This document shows, piece after piece, positions 20,917 to 32,498 of a stretch of 63,289 bases of DNA. The notes beneath the pieces were generated by a model. That model was not told the DNA's origin, did not search any database, and saw only the letters and a program-made list of their open reading frames with translations. The translations under genes were made by a program, and so were the position numbers. The first letter of the stretch is position 1. Every line of letters begins with the position of its first letter. Source of the stretch: Candidatus Stygibacter australis (GTDB lineage: Bacteria > Cloacimonadota > Cloacimonadia > Cloacimonadales > TCS61); NCBI GenBank assembly GCA_030765845.1, contig JAVCDJ010000028.1, positions 1 through 63,289 of the forward strand, written 5' to 3'.

Positions 20917-21303
20917 TTACTCCTGTTCCTCACTGTCTTTGGGAAACCTGATTAGATATAAGATAAATATCCAAATCTGCCCGGACAGTAAGCCGACACC
21001 GAATATAATAATATTCAGGCTTAAAAATTTCACTGCCAAAATGGAACCAGCAATAAGGATCAAATATCTGAAATTAAAATCCTTATATGCCATTAATTTC
21101 GCTTTGTTTTCACCCGAATAGAGATTCTTCTCTATTTTAAGCGACATTAACCAGACATTGATGAGACTCAGAAAAGCACCGCAAATCCAGCTCAAACTCT
21201 GTCTTGGCATCAGGGGCAAAAAAATTAAAGCAATGATGTTTGTCAAGCTAATTAATCTAAGTAAAACAACTATAAATTCTTTATTCTTTAACACTTGATT
21301 CAC
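20917..21303 (-). CDS. atpI: ATP synthase protein I
   Basis: ~4 TM, 128 aa, FRYLILIAG; immediately upstream of atpB. Confidence 0.75.
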   Translation of the reverse strand: MNQVLKNKEFIVVLLRLISLTNIIALIFLPLMPRQSLSWICGAFLSLINVWLMSLKIEKNLYSGENKAKLMAYKDFNFRYLILIAGSILAVKFLSLNIIIFGVGLLSGQIWIFILYLIRFPKDSEEQE

Positions 21304-21562
21304 TTTTTGAAATAATCTTTTTCAGCAATCTGTAGCTTCCAAGCATTCCTGTAAATACACCCATAATGATACCTGCTGCCTGCCATATTTGTCCAATCCC
21401 TAAAATTTTCGTAAGGTATCTTGACAAAAAGAACCAGATCAAGATGCTGATGATCATAACAAACCCTAATTGACCAGCCAGGGCAAGATATTTGATGAAA
21501 CCGTAATCTTTCATACTCATTTCTGCTAATATCTGCTGCTTCTGAATATCTTTATTCTTCAT
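21281..21562 (-). CDS. atpZ: AtpZ/AtpI-family (ATPase gene 1) protein
   Basis: Two TM helices; GQLGFVMIISILI...GIIMGVFTG pattern; first gene of the atp cluster. Confidence 0.7.
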   Translation of the reverse strand: MKNKDIQKQQILAEMSMKDYGFIKYLALAGQLGFVMIISILIWFFLSRYLTKILGIGQIWQAAGIIMGVFTGMLGSYRLLKKIISKSESSVKE

Positions 21563-22199
21563 TATTTCCTGTATTTAATAATCTGAATGGATCGATAAAC
21601 TGTCCATTTAGCTGGATTGAAAAATGCAAGTGTGGTCCCGTGCTGAATCCAGTTGAACCAACTGTGCCAATGACGTCTCCTTTTTCGGCAAAACTGCCAG
21701 AAGCAGCAAAAATCCGATCAAGATGTCCATAAAAGGTATAATAGCCGTTAAAATGCTCAATAATAATCAGGTTTCCAAAATATTCATCCTGCTTAAAAAC
21801 TTCTAGTTTTCCTGCGGCACTTGCTATCACCTCTGTTCCACGGGGTGCTGCCAGGTCAATTCCGGGATGTTTGTCCGAAAACTTCTGACTGACTACTGTT
21901 TTAACAGACAAAGGTCTCAGGTCAGGGATAAATCTATTCTCTATCGTTATGCTGTCTGGTTGATAATTGCCACCATTTTGCTCTTTAAGATAATTTGCCA
22001 GGATATTTTTTAAATCTTCAGTATTATCCTTAACAGGTATTATCCCATCATCTATGGGATTCTGTTCAGAGAAAGAAGCTGTGTTTGGCAGTTCGGATTT
22101 TATGGTTACCAACTCATTTTTGATCTTATAATAATCAATCAGGAAAATTATCCCGATTATCAGAATAATAATAGTCAAATAGCAGCAGGTTTTGTTCAT
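21552..22199 (-). CDS. M23 family metallopeptidase, N-terminally anchored
   Basis: HPGIDLAAPRGT, YGHL, STGPHLHF. Confidence 0.9.
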   Translation of the reverse strand: MNKTCCYLTIIILIIGIIFLIDYYKIKNELVTIKSELPNTASFSEQNPIDDGIIPVKDNTEDLKNILANYLKEQNGGNYQPDSITIENRFIPDLRPLSVKTVVSQKFSDKHPGIDLAAPRGTEVIASAAGKLEVFKQDEYFGNLIIIEHFNGYYTFYGHLDRIFAASGSFAEKGDVIGTVGSTGFSTGPHLHFSIQLNGQFIDPFRLLNTGNNEE

Positions 22200-23059
22200 T
22201 ATTTATTTTTCAAAGCGTCCAGTATCTTATTCATTTCCTCCCGGGAATTGAAAAAGAAACTTATCCTGCCTTTATCATTTTTTTGAGTGATATTAACCCG
22301 GCAGGAATAACTGCCATGAAGTTTATTTTCCCATTCTTTCAGATGGATAGATATCTCGCCACCACGCGGTTTAGCTGGTTTATCAACATTTTTCTTTTCG
22401 ATTGCTTTCCGGGCATATTCTTCTGTCATTCGCACTGACATCTGCTTATCGAAAATCAGGTTAGCAAAGTCCTGCCGGCTGCTTTCGGGAACCTGTAATA
22501 TTGCCCTGGCATGACCGGAAGTAATTTTTCCTTCCTGGATCATTACTTGTATACTTTCATCAAGTTTGAGGAGCCGGATCAGATTTGACACAGTAGTCCT
22601 TTCTTTTCCCACCACTTCACTAATTTGAATATGAGTGAGTCCAAATTCTTCGTTTAATTGCTGATATGCTTTCGCTTCTTCAATAGCATTTAGATCTTCT
22701 CTCTGAATATTTTCTATAATGGCGAACTGCAATTGTTCTTGAGGAGTAATACTACGAATGATAACCGGTATCTCTGGAATATCTGCAAGCTTGGCTGCTT
22801 CCAGGCGTCGTTCCCCGGCAACTAATTCATATTGGCTGTCAGCATTTTTTGTAACTATTACAGGTTGAAGAATACCATTTGTTTTCATTGATTCAGCCAG
22901 CTCAGCAAGTTTCGCTGCATCAAAAAATTTCCGAGGTTGATACCTGTTAGGAATAATACTATCTATTTTAAGAGTAGTAATACCAGTTGTGCGGTCAGTG
23001 GATTCTGGTCCACTGGAGAACAAAGCCTCTAATCCTTTACCTAAGCTTTCTCTTGACAT
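22199..23059 (-). CDS. parB: chromosome partitioning protein ParB
   Basis: [44 protein letters not shown] with [14 protein letters not shown]. Confidence 0.97.
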   Translation of the reverse strand: MSRESLGKGLEALFSSGPESTDRTTGITTLKIDSIIPNRYQPRKFFDAAKLAELAESMKTNGILQPVIVTKNADSQYELVAGERRLEAAKLADIPEIPVIIRSITPQEQLQFAIIENIQREDLNAIEEAKAYQQLNEEFGLTHIQISEVVGKERTTVSNLIRLLKLDESIQVMIQEGKITSGHARAILQVPESSRQDFANLIFDKQMSVRMTEEYARKAIEKKNVDKPAKPRGGEISIHLKEWENKLHGSYSCRVNITQKNDKGRISFFFNSREEMNKILDALKNK

Positions 23060-23811
23060 CTTTTTACCACTTCCTTTGCTAAATCTAAGTAACCTTTTGA
23101 TCCTGTTGAGGAAATATCATAATGAAAGATAGATTTCCCGAAACTGGGACTTTCAGACAGCTTAACACTTCGATGTATAACTGTGTCAAAGACCTTATTC
23201 TGGAAATATCTACGTACCTCGCGTGCTACTTGACGAGATAAATTCAAACGACGGTCAAACATAGTCAACAGGATCCCTAAAATATTTAAAGAGGGATTCA
23301 GTGACTTGCGAACCATATTAATGGTTGTCATCAGTTGAGCAACGCCTTCCAGAGCATAATATTCACATTGAATCGGTACAATCACTTCATCACAGGCAGT
23401 TAAGGCATTAACTGTTAATAAGCTTAAAGAAGGTGGGCAATCAATGATGATAAATTCATAATCAGCTTCAATAGAATCTATGGCAGATTTCATTTTAGTT
23501 TCACGCATAAATTCTCGAACGAGCTCAATTTCCGCTCCAGAAAGATCTACACTGGCCGGAACCACATAAAGGTCTTTTAATGCTTCATAATCGCACGTAA
23601 CTTCATCTATGGTTTTCTTGCCAATTATAACATCATAAATATTAGCTGAGTTTTTATTAATATCCAGACCACTTGAACTATTTCCCTGAGGGTCAAAATC
23701 AATCAGCAAAGTTTTTTTCTCAAAGATAGCCAGTGCTGCTGATAAATTTATGGCAGTGGTTGTCTTCCCAACTCCACCTTTTTGATTCACAATCGCTATT
23801 ACTTTTGCCAT
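23041..23811 (-). CDS. parA: chromosome partitioning ATPase ParA/Soj
   Basis: [42 protein letters not shown]. Confidence 0.97.
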   Translation of the reverse strand: MAKVIAIVNQKGGVGKTTTAINLSAALAIFEKKTLLIDFDPQGNSSSGLDINKNSANIYDVIIGKKTIDEVTCDYEALKDLYVVPASVDLSGAEIELVREFMRETKMKSAIDSIEADYEFIIIDCPPSLSLLTVNALTACDEVIVPIQCEYYALEGVAQLMTTINMVRKSLNPSLNILGILLTMFDRRLNLSRQVAREVRRYFQNKVFDTVIHRSVKLSESPSFGKSIFHYDISSTGSKGYLDLAKEVVKRCQEKA

Positions 23812-23820
23812 TTACCTTTT

Positions 23821-24459
23821 TTATGTTCCACGTGGAACATCTTCCTTTTTCAATTCTATCAAAGTTCTTGTTCCCACTAATTCATGTGAGATATTATGCT
23901 TAAGAGCATTTGATAATATCTCCATATCATCCAGCTTCTTTGCTTTATATATAAATAATTTGCCTGCTCTACTGCTGAGTTTATTCAACTCTCGCCAATA
24001 TTTCTCTTCAATTTTAACTGAACGGCAGACTATTACATCAAAGTAATTATGCCAGCTTTTATCTAATAATTCTATTCGAGAACAAATTGTTAGACATTCA
24101 TGCAGGTCAAGCTTTTTTATTATCTTTTTCACTGCTTCCATCTTTCGTTGACGAGAGTCCAGCAGATACATATAGCTCTCGGGGAAAATTATTTTTAAGG
24201 GAATTCCCGGTAATCCTCCCCCAGTTCCAAAATCGAGAATTGTTTTACCATTCAAAGCCATGATTCCCACAGGTAAAAGACTATCCAGAATATGATTAAG
24301 CCAGATATCCGTTACATTAGCTTTTCGTGATATCAGATTTATCAGTTTATTAGTCTCGATAAGTAGCTTTACATACTGGTCAAGCAACTGCATTTTCTTG
24401 TCAAGATCAGCAATTCCATTTTTTTTTAAAAAAACTTCTACAATATCTTTACCTTCCAT
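23821..24459 (-). CDS. rsmG: 16S rRNA m7G527 methyltransferase
   Basis: NLISR, HILDSL, LDFGTGGGLPGIPL; ATG at 24459 follows CAGGAG. Confidence 0.93.
   Translation of the reverse strand: MEGKDIVEVFLKKNGIADLDKKMQLLDQYVKLLIETNKLINLISRKANVTDIWLNHILDSLLPVGIMALNGKTILDFGTGGGLPGIPLKIIFPESYMYLLDSRQRKMEAVKKIIKKLDLHECLTICSRIELLDKSWHNYFDVIVCRSVKIEEKYWRELNKLSSRAGKLFIYKAKKLDDMEILSNALKHNISHELVGTRTLIELKKEDVPRGT
23824..23839. promoter_or_regulatory. parS site in the last codons of rsmG
   Basis: Perfect palindrome TGTTCCACGTGGAACA. Confidence 0.9.
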
Positions 24460-24475
24460 AAAAACTCCTGCTGCA

Positions 24476-24503
24476 ATTGTTTGCACCTTTCCCCTACTGT
24501 CAA
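24476..24503 (-). promoter_or_regulatory. candidate sigma70 promoter of the rsmG-par-atp run
   Basis: TTGACA-N16-AACAAT on the minus strand just upstream of the rsmG RBS. Confidence 0.35.
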
Positions 24504-24666
24504 GCTTACTGATAAATGATCTGGAGATTATTATTATTTAACTTTTAAGCAATATGATTAAAAAGAAATCTGCTTAAATTCATTTACTGGCAAAAATTAT
24601 CTTTTATATTGACTATATTCTAAGATATCTAAAACTTTGAAAAGCAGATGTTAGGTTGTGTGAAAA

Positions 24667-26340
24667 ATGGTAGATAACTTGATAAGGCAGGATATGTCCA
24701 AAGTAAGAAAGAATTTTGAGAAACTTCCAATAGATGTTCTATTCGTAGAAGATGAGGAAATGATGCGAGATTCTATTGCAGAAATAATGAGGCGAAGAGT
24801 AAATAATGTACTTGTTGCCGGTAACGGACATATTGGTCTTGAATTGTACAAAAAACACCATCCACACGTGATTATAACAGATATTCGTATGCCCATAATG
24901 ACTGGATTGGAAATGCTGGAGAAAATCAGGGAAATTGATGAAAATGTTAAAGTTATTGTTGTATCTGCTCATAATGATACCCAATATTTTCAGCAGGCTA
25001 TTAATTTGGGAGTTGATGGATTTTTACTTAAGCCAATTAATGTAAACAATGTTATTAAGCAGATCTCCAAAATTACCAGACAGTTAGTATATCAGCAAAA
25101 AGCTCTGGAATTTGAAGATAAGATCCAGAAATTCAATGAACTTATTTTCCAGAATAAAGCTCGTGCTTCTGCGATGCAGACCTCAATGGCTCCATCCTGG
25201 CTCTTGTCTGAAAAGAAATTACTGTTTTCTTCAAATTATATAGTTGATGAAAGGACACCCAGTGGTGATTTCTTTGATATTATTCCCATTTCTGAAACTC
25301 GTTATATTGCTTATATGGGTCACTTCCCGCATCAGGACATCAAGGGTACACTTTTTATGCTCACCATTAAAGTCACCATGGACAACATTATAAAAAATGA
25401 GCTGGAAATGGCTTCTCCGGGAGTTATACTTGATCGACTCGTGAGTATCCTGGGAACAGATAATATTACAGATAGTATGGAACTGCTGGTGTGTTTAATA
25501 GATTCTGATTTTGAGTTTGTCCGATATGCAAAAATAGGTTCAGTGAATATTCTGCAATATGATTTGGCATCGAACTCTTTTTGTGATCTGGAGAAAGCGC
25601 AGATTTCATTGAATTCAGATAGCACAGATGAATTGGAGAAACCTAAGAGCTCCTTTGAGGAGCAGGAATTTTCCTTTAATGATCAGAAGCTAAATATCAT
25701 ATATACTTGTGAATTACAGAATTATAGTTTAAACGAGAAGAAGCTGGGGTTAGATGGTATAAAACGGATTATTTCAGAAATTGATGATCCAAATTCGTTC
25801 CTGATGCCATATATATTTAACGAAAAACTTTTAAAAGAGGGTTATACCTCAATCACATCAGATTTCTCTTTTGTACTATTTAGAACAAATAACCTGATGC
25901 AGAATGTAGATAATCGTTTTCTGGTAACATTTAAATCTGTTCTTACCAATACTTCCCATATAAGGCGGCAGTGCGAAAAATTTATCCTGGATAACACGGG
26001 ACAGGATGATCTGGCATTTGAAGTTGAACTGGTTATTGCTGAAATACTCACAAATGTGATCGTGCATGGCTTAAAAAACAAACCGGACACGATGGTAGTG
26101 CTATCGCTGGTAATCACTGACAATGTAATTATCAGTATTTGGGATAAAGGTATTGAATGGATAATACCCATATTAAAAAAAGAAGATGCATTTGATCTGG
26201 TGGCAAACGATGCCACTTCTGGAAGAGGGTTACCTATTATTGTTACCCTGTCTGATGAAATAACAAGAAAAAGAATTGATTCTATAAATCAAACACGGAT
26301 TATATTCACTATTGACTCTGATAAGGAGAGCTTATGTTAG
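24667..26340 (+). CDS. REC + degenerate PP2C/SpoIIE + RsbW-like HATPase fusion
   Basis: REC ITDIRMP/LKP; SGDFFD present but MGHFPHQD replaces GDVSGHG; HATPase EILTNVIVHG, WDKG, SGRGL. Confidence 0.88.
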   Translation: MVDNLIRQDMSKVRKNFEKLPIDVLFVEDEEMMRDSIAEIMRRRVNNVLVAGNGHIGLELYKKHHPHVIITDIRMPIMTGLEMLEKIREIDENVKVIVVSAHNDTQYFQQAINLGVDGFLLKPINVNNVIKQISKITRQLVYQQKALEFEDKIQKFNELIFQNKARASAMQTSMAPSWLLSEKKLLFSSNYIVDERTPSGDFFDIIPISETRYIAYMGHFPHQDIKGTLFMLTIKVTMDNIIKNELEMASPGVILDRLVSILGTDNITDSMELLVCLIDSDFEFVRYAKIGSVNILQYDLASNSFCDLEKAQISLNSDSTDELEKPKSSFEEQEFSFNDQKLNIIYTCELQNYSLNEKKLGLDGIKRIISEIDDPNSFLMPYIFNEKLLKEGYTSITSDFSFVLFRTNNLMQNVDNRFLVTFKSVLTNTSHIRRQCEKFILDNTGQDDLAFEVELVIAEILTNVIVHGLKNKPDTMVVLSLVITDNVIISIWDKGIEWIIPILKKEDAFDLVANDATSGRGLPIIVTLSDEITRKRIDSINQTRIIFTIDSDKESLC

Positions 26341-26675
26341 ACATTACTTTCAATCTAAATGAGAATATTGGAATTGTAAAAATTAGCGGTGAGCTTGATG
26401 CCTCTAATTCAAAGGATTTACGAAAAGCATTTGATGATTACTTTTTGAGAACTAACAAGTTTATACTTGATTTTTCTGATCTACAGTTTATGGATAGCAC
26501 CGGGCTGGGAACTATCATCAGGATTTTCAAAGTTACAGAACAGAAAAATGGTTATCTTTGTATCGCTAATCCCCGTAATAAAGCCGCCCGAGTATTAAAA
26601 ATGACTCAGGCGCATAAAGTGATAAATATTTTTGAGACTTTTGAAGAGGCTTTATCTAAATTGCAGGGCTCTTAA
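26334..26675 (+). CDS. STAS anti-sigma-factor antagonist (SpoIIAA/RsbV-like)
   Basis: SGELDAS, ILDFSDLQFMDSTGLG with the phospho-acceptor Ser. Confidence 0.92.
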   Translation: MLDITFNLNENIGIVKISGELDASNSKDLRKAFDDYFLRTNKFILDFSDLQFMDSTGLGTIIRIFKVTEQKNGYLCIANPRNKAARVLKMTQAHKVINIFETFEEALSKLQGS

Positions 26676-26750
26676 GAATAGGTTAATTTAATTCAAGAAT
26701 TTCCTTTTTCTGAAAGCCCTTAATCACTTTCAATTCCAATTAGTTATATA

Positions 26751-27491
26751 TTAATAATAATCTTTGTTTAAATTATAATTCAATCCCGATAATTGTGATA
26801 AAGCTGCAATTGCAGCAGTTTCTGCCCTTAAAATATGATTACCTAGAGAAAATGATATCACCTCTTCTTTGCTTAAGAATTCCTTTTCCTGCTGAGAAAA
26901 TCCACCTTCCGGTCCAATGATAATCCCTAAAGATCCACCAGGGAATTGGTTCTTGATCTCGAATAATGAACGCTGTCTCTCGGTTTCCAGTGCAACTACA
27001 GGTACAAAACCGTCTTTCCGCATCAGGTCAGGAATTTTTCTAAGATCAACACATTCGTTAATCAGTGGTAACCAGGCATTATCACACTGTTTCATTGCTG
27101 CTATGGCAATTTTGTGAAATTTATTCTGTTGGTTAGCTGAATTTTTCCGAATAGTACGCTCTGTTTCCAGAGGATAAAATCTTGAACACCCCAGCTCAGT
27201 TGCTTTTTCAATTATCAAACTGTCATGTTTATTTTTTAATAAGGCAAATGCGAGAGCCATCCGGGGTTCACTTCGTTCATAAGTCTGACGGTTTTCAATC
27301 TCGATCAGCAAACTTCTTCGCTCTATTTTCACAATCCGGCAGTCAGCAAGTAGTCCACAGCCACTTGTGACCAGAATGGTATCTCCTTCACGCTTTCGCA
27401 GCACCTGACTTATATGGTGAAATTCCTCACCTTCAATGCTATACTGCCCTTCTTGTGAATCGCAAATGGCTGGCACATAATAACAGGGCAC
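26751..27491 (-). CDS. rsmE: 16S rRNA m3U1498 methyltransferase
   Basis: HISQVLRK, IEKATELG, AMKQC, IIGPEGGFS, SLGNHILRAETA. Confidence 0.95.
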   Translation of the reverse strand: MPCYYVPAICDSQEGQYSIEGEEFHHISQVLRKREGDTILVTSGCGLLADCRIVKIERRSLLIEIENRQTYERSEPRMALAFALLKNKHDSLIIEKATELGCSRFYPLETERTIRKNSANQQNKFHKIAIAAMKQCDNAWLPLINECVDLRKIPDLMRKDGFVPVVALETERQRSLFEIKNQFPGGSLGIIIGPEGGFSQQEKEFLSKEEVISFSLGNHILRAETAAIAALSQLSGLNYNLNKDYY

Positions 27492-27506
27492 TTGTCTGAT
27501 CTCTAA

Positions 27507-28667
27507 CTAAATTATATTAAAAAGATGCTTGAATTTACTAAAGAAGCTCTTCTTGGGCTCATATTTCTTTTCTTTATCTATTTCGGCAAGTTCAGTGTAC
27601 AATTCTTTTTCCCTACCAGTAACCTTTGTAGGGATCATTACGATTATGTGCACAAACAAATCCCCACTATATCCGCTATTGAGGTAGGGAAGACCCTGTC
27701 CTCTCACGCGGAAGGTTTTCCCTGATTGAGTTCCGGCAGGTACTTTCATTTTAACTTTTCCAGACAAAGTGGGAACTTTAATTTCGCAGCCAATTACTGC
27801 CTGAGAGACTGTAATGGGAAAATTGATCCTCAAATTACTTTCTTCCCGGTCAAATTCAGGGTGTTCCTTTTCTTTGATGTGTACCAGGATATCTCCATTT
27901 TCTCCACCATTTTTGCCTTTATTACCTTTACCTCGGAGTCTGATATATTGTCCTTCTGCTACTCCGGCAGGGATTTCCACTTCAAGTGGCTTTAATTTAT
28001 TTACTCTGCCTTCACCGTGGCAAACCTTGCACTTCTTTTCTATCAGTTTCCCTTCACCATTACAGGTGGGACATCGCACCACAGTTTGCATCTGACCAAA
28101 TAATGAACGGGATGTCTGCATAACCTGGCCAGTACCTCGGCATTGAGGACAGGCTTGAGTTTTTCCATCTTCTGATCCACTGCCATGGCAATGATCACAG
28201 GAATCTTTTATATTTATCTTTAGTTTTTTCTTCACGCCTTTAGCAATTTCTTCCAATGTCAGGGATAATGATAACTGCAGGTCTTCACCTTTATTACGAC
28301 GGCTGCCTCCACGGCTGCGTCCCATACTGCCACCAAACAAGTGCTCAAAAATTCCTCCAAGCCCTTCACCACCAAAGATATCATCAATATCTGAGAAATG
28401 AGAAAAGTTACCCCAGTCAAAGCCACTGCCACCAAATGCGCCTTCCAGTCCAGCATGACCGAATCTGTCATACTTACTGCGTTTATCAGCGTCGCTCAGC
28501 ACTTCATAGGCTTCCGAAGCTTCTTTAAAATTCTTTTCGGCTACTTTATCATCAGGATTTTTGTCAGGGTGATACTTCATTGCAAGTTTACGATATGCTT
28601 TTTTGATCACGCTTGCATCTGCTGTTTTATCAATACCCAGCACTTCATAATAATCTCTTTTTTCCAT
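27507..28667 (-). CDS. dnaJ: chaperone DnaJ
   Basis: HPD J-domain, G/F region, four CxxCxGxG repeats. Confidence 0.98.
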   Translation of the reverse strand: MEKRDYYEVLGIDKTADASVIKKAYRKLAMKYHPDKNPDDKVAEKNFKEASEAYEVLSDADKRSKYDRFGHAGLEGAFGGSGFDWGNFSHFSDIDDIFGGEGLGGIFEHLFGGSMGRSRGGSRRNKGEDLQLSLSLTLEEIAKGVKKKLKINIKDSCDHCHGSGSEDGKTQACPQCRGTGQVMQTSRSLFGQMQTVVRCPTCNGEGKLIEKKCKVCHGEGRVNKLKPLEVEIPAGVAEGQYIRLRGKGNKGKNGGENGDILVHIKEKEHPEFDREESNLRINFPITVSQAVIGCEIKVPTLSGKVKMKVPAGTQSGKTFRVRGQGLPYLNSGYSGDLFVHIIVMIPTKVTGREKELYTELAEIDKEKKYEPKKSFFSKFKHLFNII

Positions 28668-28697
28668 TATTTATCCCTTATAAAATTTCCTTATATA

Positions 28698-28737
28698 TCT
28701 TGTAGCTAACCAGATACATCAATGATCAGCTACAGGA
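28698..28737. other. inverted repeat / stem-loop upstream of dnaJ
   Basis: TCTTGTAGCT-N20-AGCTACAGGA (10-bp stem, one non-Watson-Crick position). Confidence 0.5.
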
Positions 28738-28748
28738 GATACAAGAAA

Positions 28749-28780
28749 ATAGGCAATGCACCATTAAGCGCATTGCCTAT
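28749..28780 (-). terminator. stem-loop/terminator between dnaK and dnaJ
   Basis: ATAGGCAATGC-N10-GCATTGCCTAT; short T tract on the minus strand. Confidence 0.7.
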
Positions 28781-28791
28781 ATTACTATCAG

Positions 28792-30759
28792 TTATTTATC
28801 GTCGTCAACTACTTCAAAATCAGCATCAACAGGACCTTCTTCAGGTTCTGCCTGCTGCTGTCCACCTGCCTGTCCACCCATTTTGCTGGGATCAAAATCT
28901 GCATTATGAGGTCCTTCACCACCGTCAGCCTGTTGTTGTTTCTGCATATCAGCATAGAGTATTTCACTCATTTTCTGTGCTTTCTTGGAAAGTTCTTCTT
29001 TAATGCTTTCATATTCTTCTTTGGTTCCAGCTTTTTCCATTTTTTCCTTAGCTTCTTTCACGGCAGCTTCCACTTTGGCTTTTTCATCAGCAGGAATTTT
29101 TTCACCATATTCAGAAAGGCTTTTTTCAACTGAGAAAATAAAGGTGTCAAGTTCATTATGAGCAGTCACTTTTTCCTTCTCCAATTTATCGCTCTCAGCG
29201 TGTGCTTCTGCATCTTTTACCATTTTTTCGATTTCTTCTTCATTCAAGGAGCCTGTTCGCTCAATGCGGATAGACTGTTCCTTTCCTGTTCCCTTATCTT
29301 TAGCGGACACATGCAATATACCATTAGCATCGATATCAAATGTAACCTCTATTTGAGGTGTTCCCCGGGGTGCTGGTGGGATATCTGTGAGATCAAATTT
29401 GCCCAGTGTACGGTTATCATTTGCCATGGAACGCTCTCCCTGAAGCACGTTTATGCTCACTGCCGGCTGATTATCCGCTGCTGTAGAAAATACCTGGCTC
29501 TTATTAGTGGGGATGGTGGTATTACGTTCAATAAGCTTGGTCATCACTCCACCTAATGTTTCTATACCCAGTGAAAGAGGAGTTACATCGAGCAGAAGCA
29601 CGTCATTAAGACTTTCGTCTCCACCCAGAATTCCACCCTGAATTGCAGCACCAACTGCCACTACTTCATCAGGATTAACGCTCTTATTTGCCTTCTTACC
29701 AAAATATTTCTCAACTGCTTCCTGTACTGCAGGAATTCGCGTACTGCCACCTACCAGCAAGATCTCATCTATGTCACTGGGGTTCAATTTTGCATCTTTC
29801 AAAGCTTTACGGCAGGGTTCTATTGATCTTTCCACCAGGTCTGCTGTCATTCGATTAAATTCTGCTTTGCTCAGATCAAGACTCAAATGCTTGGGACCAG
29901 AGGCATCAGCTGTTATAAACGGCAGATTTATATTTGTGGTTCCTGTACCGGATAATTCCACTTTTGCTTTCTCTGCAGCTTCCTTGATCCGCTGTACTGA
30001 CATAGCATCACTGGACAGATCTATCCCTTCCTGCTGTTTAAATTTATCCATGATCCAGTCCATGATCTTCTTATCAAAATCATCTCCACCCAGGTGAGTA
30101 TCTCCGTTTGTAGAAAGAACTTCTACAACACCCTCTGCTACTTCCAGAACCGATATGTCAAAAGTTCCGCCACCAAGGTCATAAACTGCAATTTTCTCTT
30201 CTTTTTCTGAATTTAATCCATAAGCCAAAGCTGCGGCTGTAGGTTCATTAATGATGCGTCTCACTTCCAGTCCGGCGATTTTTCCTGCATCTTTTGTCGC
30301 CTGGCGCTGAGCATCATTAAAATAGGCTGGTACAGTGATCACTGCTTCAGTGATTTCCTGACCTAGATGTGATTCTGCAGTTTCTTTCATTTTCCTAAGT
30401 ACCATAGCCGAGATTTCCTGGGGTGAATAATCCTTATTTTCTATGGGAATATGCACAACTGCTTCTTTAAATTTTCCACTTCTTATCTCATAATTCACGT
30501 TTGAGATCTCTGATTGTACTTCATCGATCTGGCGTCCCATAAAACGCTTGATAGATGAGATTGTATTACGCGGATTGGTAACAGCCTGGCGCTTTGCCAA
30601 TTGTCCCACCAATCGTTCATTATCCTTTGTGAATGCCACTACTGAGGGCGTAGTACGAGATCCTTCCACACTCTGGATCACATTAGCCTTACCACCTTCC
30701 ATCACGGCTACGCAAGAATTTGTGGTGCCTAAGTCTATTCCTATGATTTTACCCATCAT
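28792..30759 (-). CDS. dnaK: chaperone DnaK
   Basis: [38 protein letters not shown]-like tail ([10 protein letters not shown]). Confidence 0.99.
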   Translation of the reverse strand: MMGKIIGIDLGTTNSCVAVMEGGKANVIQSVEGSRTTPSVVAFTKDNERLVGQLAKRQAVTNPRNTISSIKRFMGRQIDEVQSEISNVNYEIRSGKFKEAVVHIPIENKDYSPQEISAMVLRKMKETAESHLGQEITEAVITVPAYFNDAQRQATKDAGKIAGLEVRRIINEPTAAALAYGLNSEKEEKIAVYDLGGGTFDISVLEVAEGVVEVLSTNGDTHLGGDDFDKKIMDWIMDKFKQQEGIDLSSDAMSVQRIKEAAEKAKVELSGTGTTNINLPFITADASGPKHLSLDLSKAEFNRMTADLVERSIEPCRKALKDAKLNPSDIDEILLVGGSTRIPAVQEAVEKYFGKKANKSVNPDEVVAVGAAIQGGILGGDESLNDVLLLDVTPLSLGIETLGGVMTKLIERNTTIPTNKSQVFSTAADNQPAVSINVLQGERSMANDNRTLGKFDLTDIPPAPRGTPQIEVTFDIDANGILHVSAKDKGTGKEQSIRIERTGSLNEEEIEKMVKDAEAHAESDKLEKEKVTAHNELDTFIFSVEKSLSEYGEKIPADEKAKVEAAVKEAKEKMEKAGTKEEYESIKEELSKKAQKMSEILYADMQKQQQADGGEGPHNADFDPSKMGGQAGGQQQAEPEEGPVDADFEVVDDDK

Positions 30760-31406
30760 ATCCTCCTGTTTCTATTTTTTTTTTTATCAGCTTTCTTATC
30801 AGCAGTTTTTTCTGGTTTTTCACCATTTGATACTGCCACACGTGCTGCTCTTATCAATTTGCCGTTCATCAGATAGCCATTCTGAATAGTTGCGGCAATT
30901 TTGTTCTCTTTCAGCTCAGAAGGGATATGGGCTAATGCCTCGTGATATTCAGGATTAAAGTCCCGTTTATCAGTTTCGACCTTTTCCACTCCTTCCCTTT
31001 TAAGAATATTTGAGATTTGATTATAGATCATCTCAATTCCTTTCTGATAATGTTTGGCATTGCCTTCATCATGATCACCTGCCAAAGCCCGTTCAAAATT
31101 ATCTGTCACATCACATAATTCCAGGATCAGACGCTGATTAGCATTTTTTATCCAAGTTGATTTTTCTACAGTACTCCGCCGTCTGAAATTCTCAAATTCT
31201 GCTACGGATCGCAGCCATTTATCCTTCATTTCCGCTTTCTCGCGTTCCAGCTGCATAATTTTTTCCAGCAATCCCGTTTCCTCTGTTGAATCAACTATTT
31301 CCACATCCACTATTTCATTTTCAGTAGTTTCTTCCACCAGATCCTGCTGCTCTTGCTGTAATGCTTCCTGTTTTAATTTTTTATCTATTTTACTAGTTTC
31401 TGACAT
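30756..31406 (-). CDS. grpE: nucleotide exchange factor GrpE
   Basis: [48 protein letters not shown]. Confidence 0.96.
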   Translation of the reverse strand: MSETSKIDKKLKQEALQQEQQDLVEETTENEIVDVEIVDSTEETGLLEKIMQLEREKAEMKDKWLRSVAEFENFRRRSTVEKSTWIKNANQRLILELCDVTDNFERALAGDHDEGNAKHYQKGIEMIYNQISNILKREGVEKVETDKRDFNPEYHEALAHIPSELKENKIAATIQNGYLMNGKLIRAARVAVSNGEKPEKTADKKADKKKNRNRRI

Positions 31407-32457
31407 TTTGCTTCACCATCATCCCTTTCTTCGTAGTCTCGGTTATTGTTCTGGCGAAATCTCTCACCAGGGGTATATTTTTTTTATAATTCATCCGCAC
31501 TGGTCCCACAATCCCGAGGTAACCCGGTACGCCATATATCTCATATTTAGCATAGATCATGGCATATTCAACCAGTTCTGGTCTGACAAGGTCTTCCCCC
31601 ATTAAAATGGAATAATCCTTATCACTTTCATGTCTTTTCATCAGATTTATCAGATTATCCTGACGCTGAATGAATCCTAAAAATGATAGTATTGATTTGC
31701 GCTCATTAAATTCAGGCTGCTCCAGGAAATTCATGTTACCGTCAAAATGAATATAATAACTCGAAATCTGACTTAATGCATGATGTAATCCCCGTAAAAA
31801 ATTCTTGAATAAGGCACTCTCTCTGCCTATTTTATTCTGGATTTCCTGCAGATATTTATTTTGAATGTCATATATCCGCAATCCTCCCAGTTCTTCATTG
31901 ATATGACGGACAATGATCTTGAGTTGACGAGGATTGATCTCACTCTCAACATTCAGGATCACAGTCTTATCAAGCCCGGAATCCAGACTGACCACAAAAA
32001 GAAGTTTGCGGGGAGTAATATGGAATACATCCAGCTTTTCAAGATAACCAAAAGATATCTGAGGTTCAGCCACAAATGAGAGCTGATCTGTTTCTTTTGC
32101 CAGCACTTGCATGATATAATGCAATGCCATAGGTGTATCACGGTAATATTGCACCAGCAGATTTCTCAATAATTCATTCTCTTGAAAATGCTGAGCCTCA
32201 AACTCCGGATTGACCATTCGTAAATATTCCCGATAACCCATGATCGTTGGGATCCTGCCTGCTGAGGTGTGCGGCTGAAAGATCATATCTTCCTTTTCAA
32301 GTTTATTCAAATCTATCCGAATTGTGGCTGAAGAACAATCCGGTAAATATTTACTGCAAATCTGCTTTGATGATACCGCTTCCTGATGCTCGATATATTC
32401 CTCTACCAGGAATCTTAATACCTCTCTGCGTCTTATATCATTCTTTTTCATCACCAA
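31393..32457 (-). CDS. hrcA: heat-inducible transcription repressor HrcA
   Basis: SSATIRIDLNKLE, QPHTSAGRIPT..GYR, LGIVGPVRMNY. Confidence 0.96.
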   Translation of the reverse strand: MVMKKNDIRRREVLRFLVEEYIEHQEAVSSKQICSKYLPDCSSATIRIDLNKLEKEDMIFQPHTSAGRIPTIMGYREYLRMVNPEFEAQHFQENELLRNLLVQYYRDTPMALHYIMQVLAKETDQLSFVAEPQISFGYLEKLDVFHITPRKLLFVVSLDSGLDKTVILNVESEINPRQLKIIVRHINEELGGLRIYDIQNKYLQEIQNKIGRESALFKNFLRGLHHALSQISSYYIHFDGNMNFLEQPEFNERKSILSFLGFIQRQDNLINLMKRHESDKDYSILMGEDLVRPELVEYAMIYAKYEIYGVPGYLGIVGPVRMNYKKNIPLVRDFARTITETTKKGMMVKQNVRN

Positions 32458-32471
32458 TCACATCCTTTATT

Positions 32472-32498
32472 TTAGCACTCTAATCAACCACCTGCTAA
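32472..32498. promoter_or_regulatory. CIRCE element (one arm degenerate)
   Basis: TTAGCACTC-N9-ACCTGCTAA, 14 nt upstream of the hrcA start; extra GAGTGCTAA half-site at 32548-32556. Confidence 0.82.

Noticed and set aside
24460-24666. oriC within the window
   Set aside because: No cluster of DnaA boxes (TTATCCACA) was seen here or in the other intergenic regions, and dnaA is absent.
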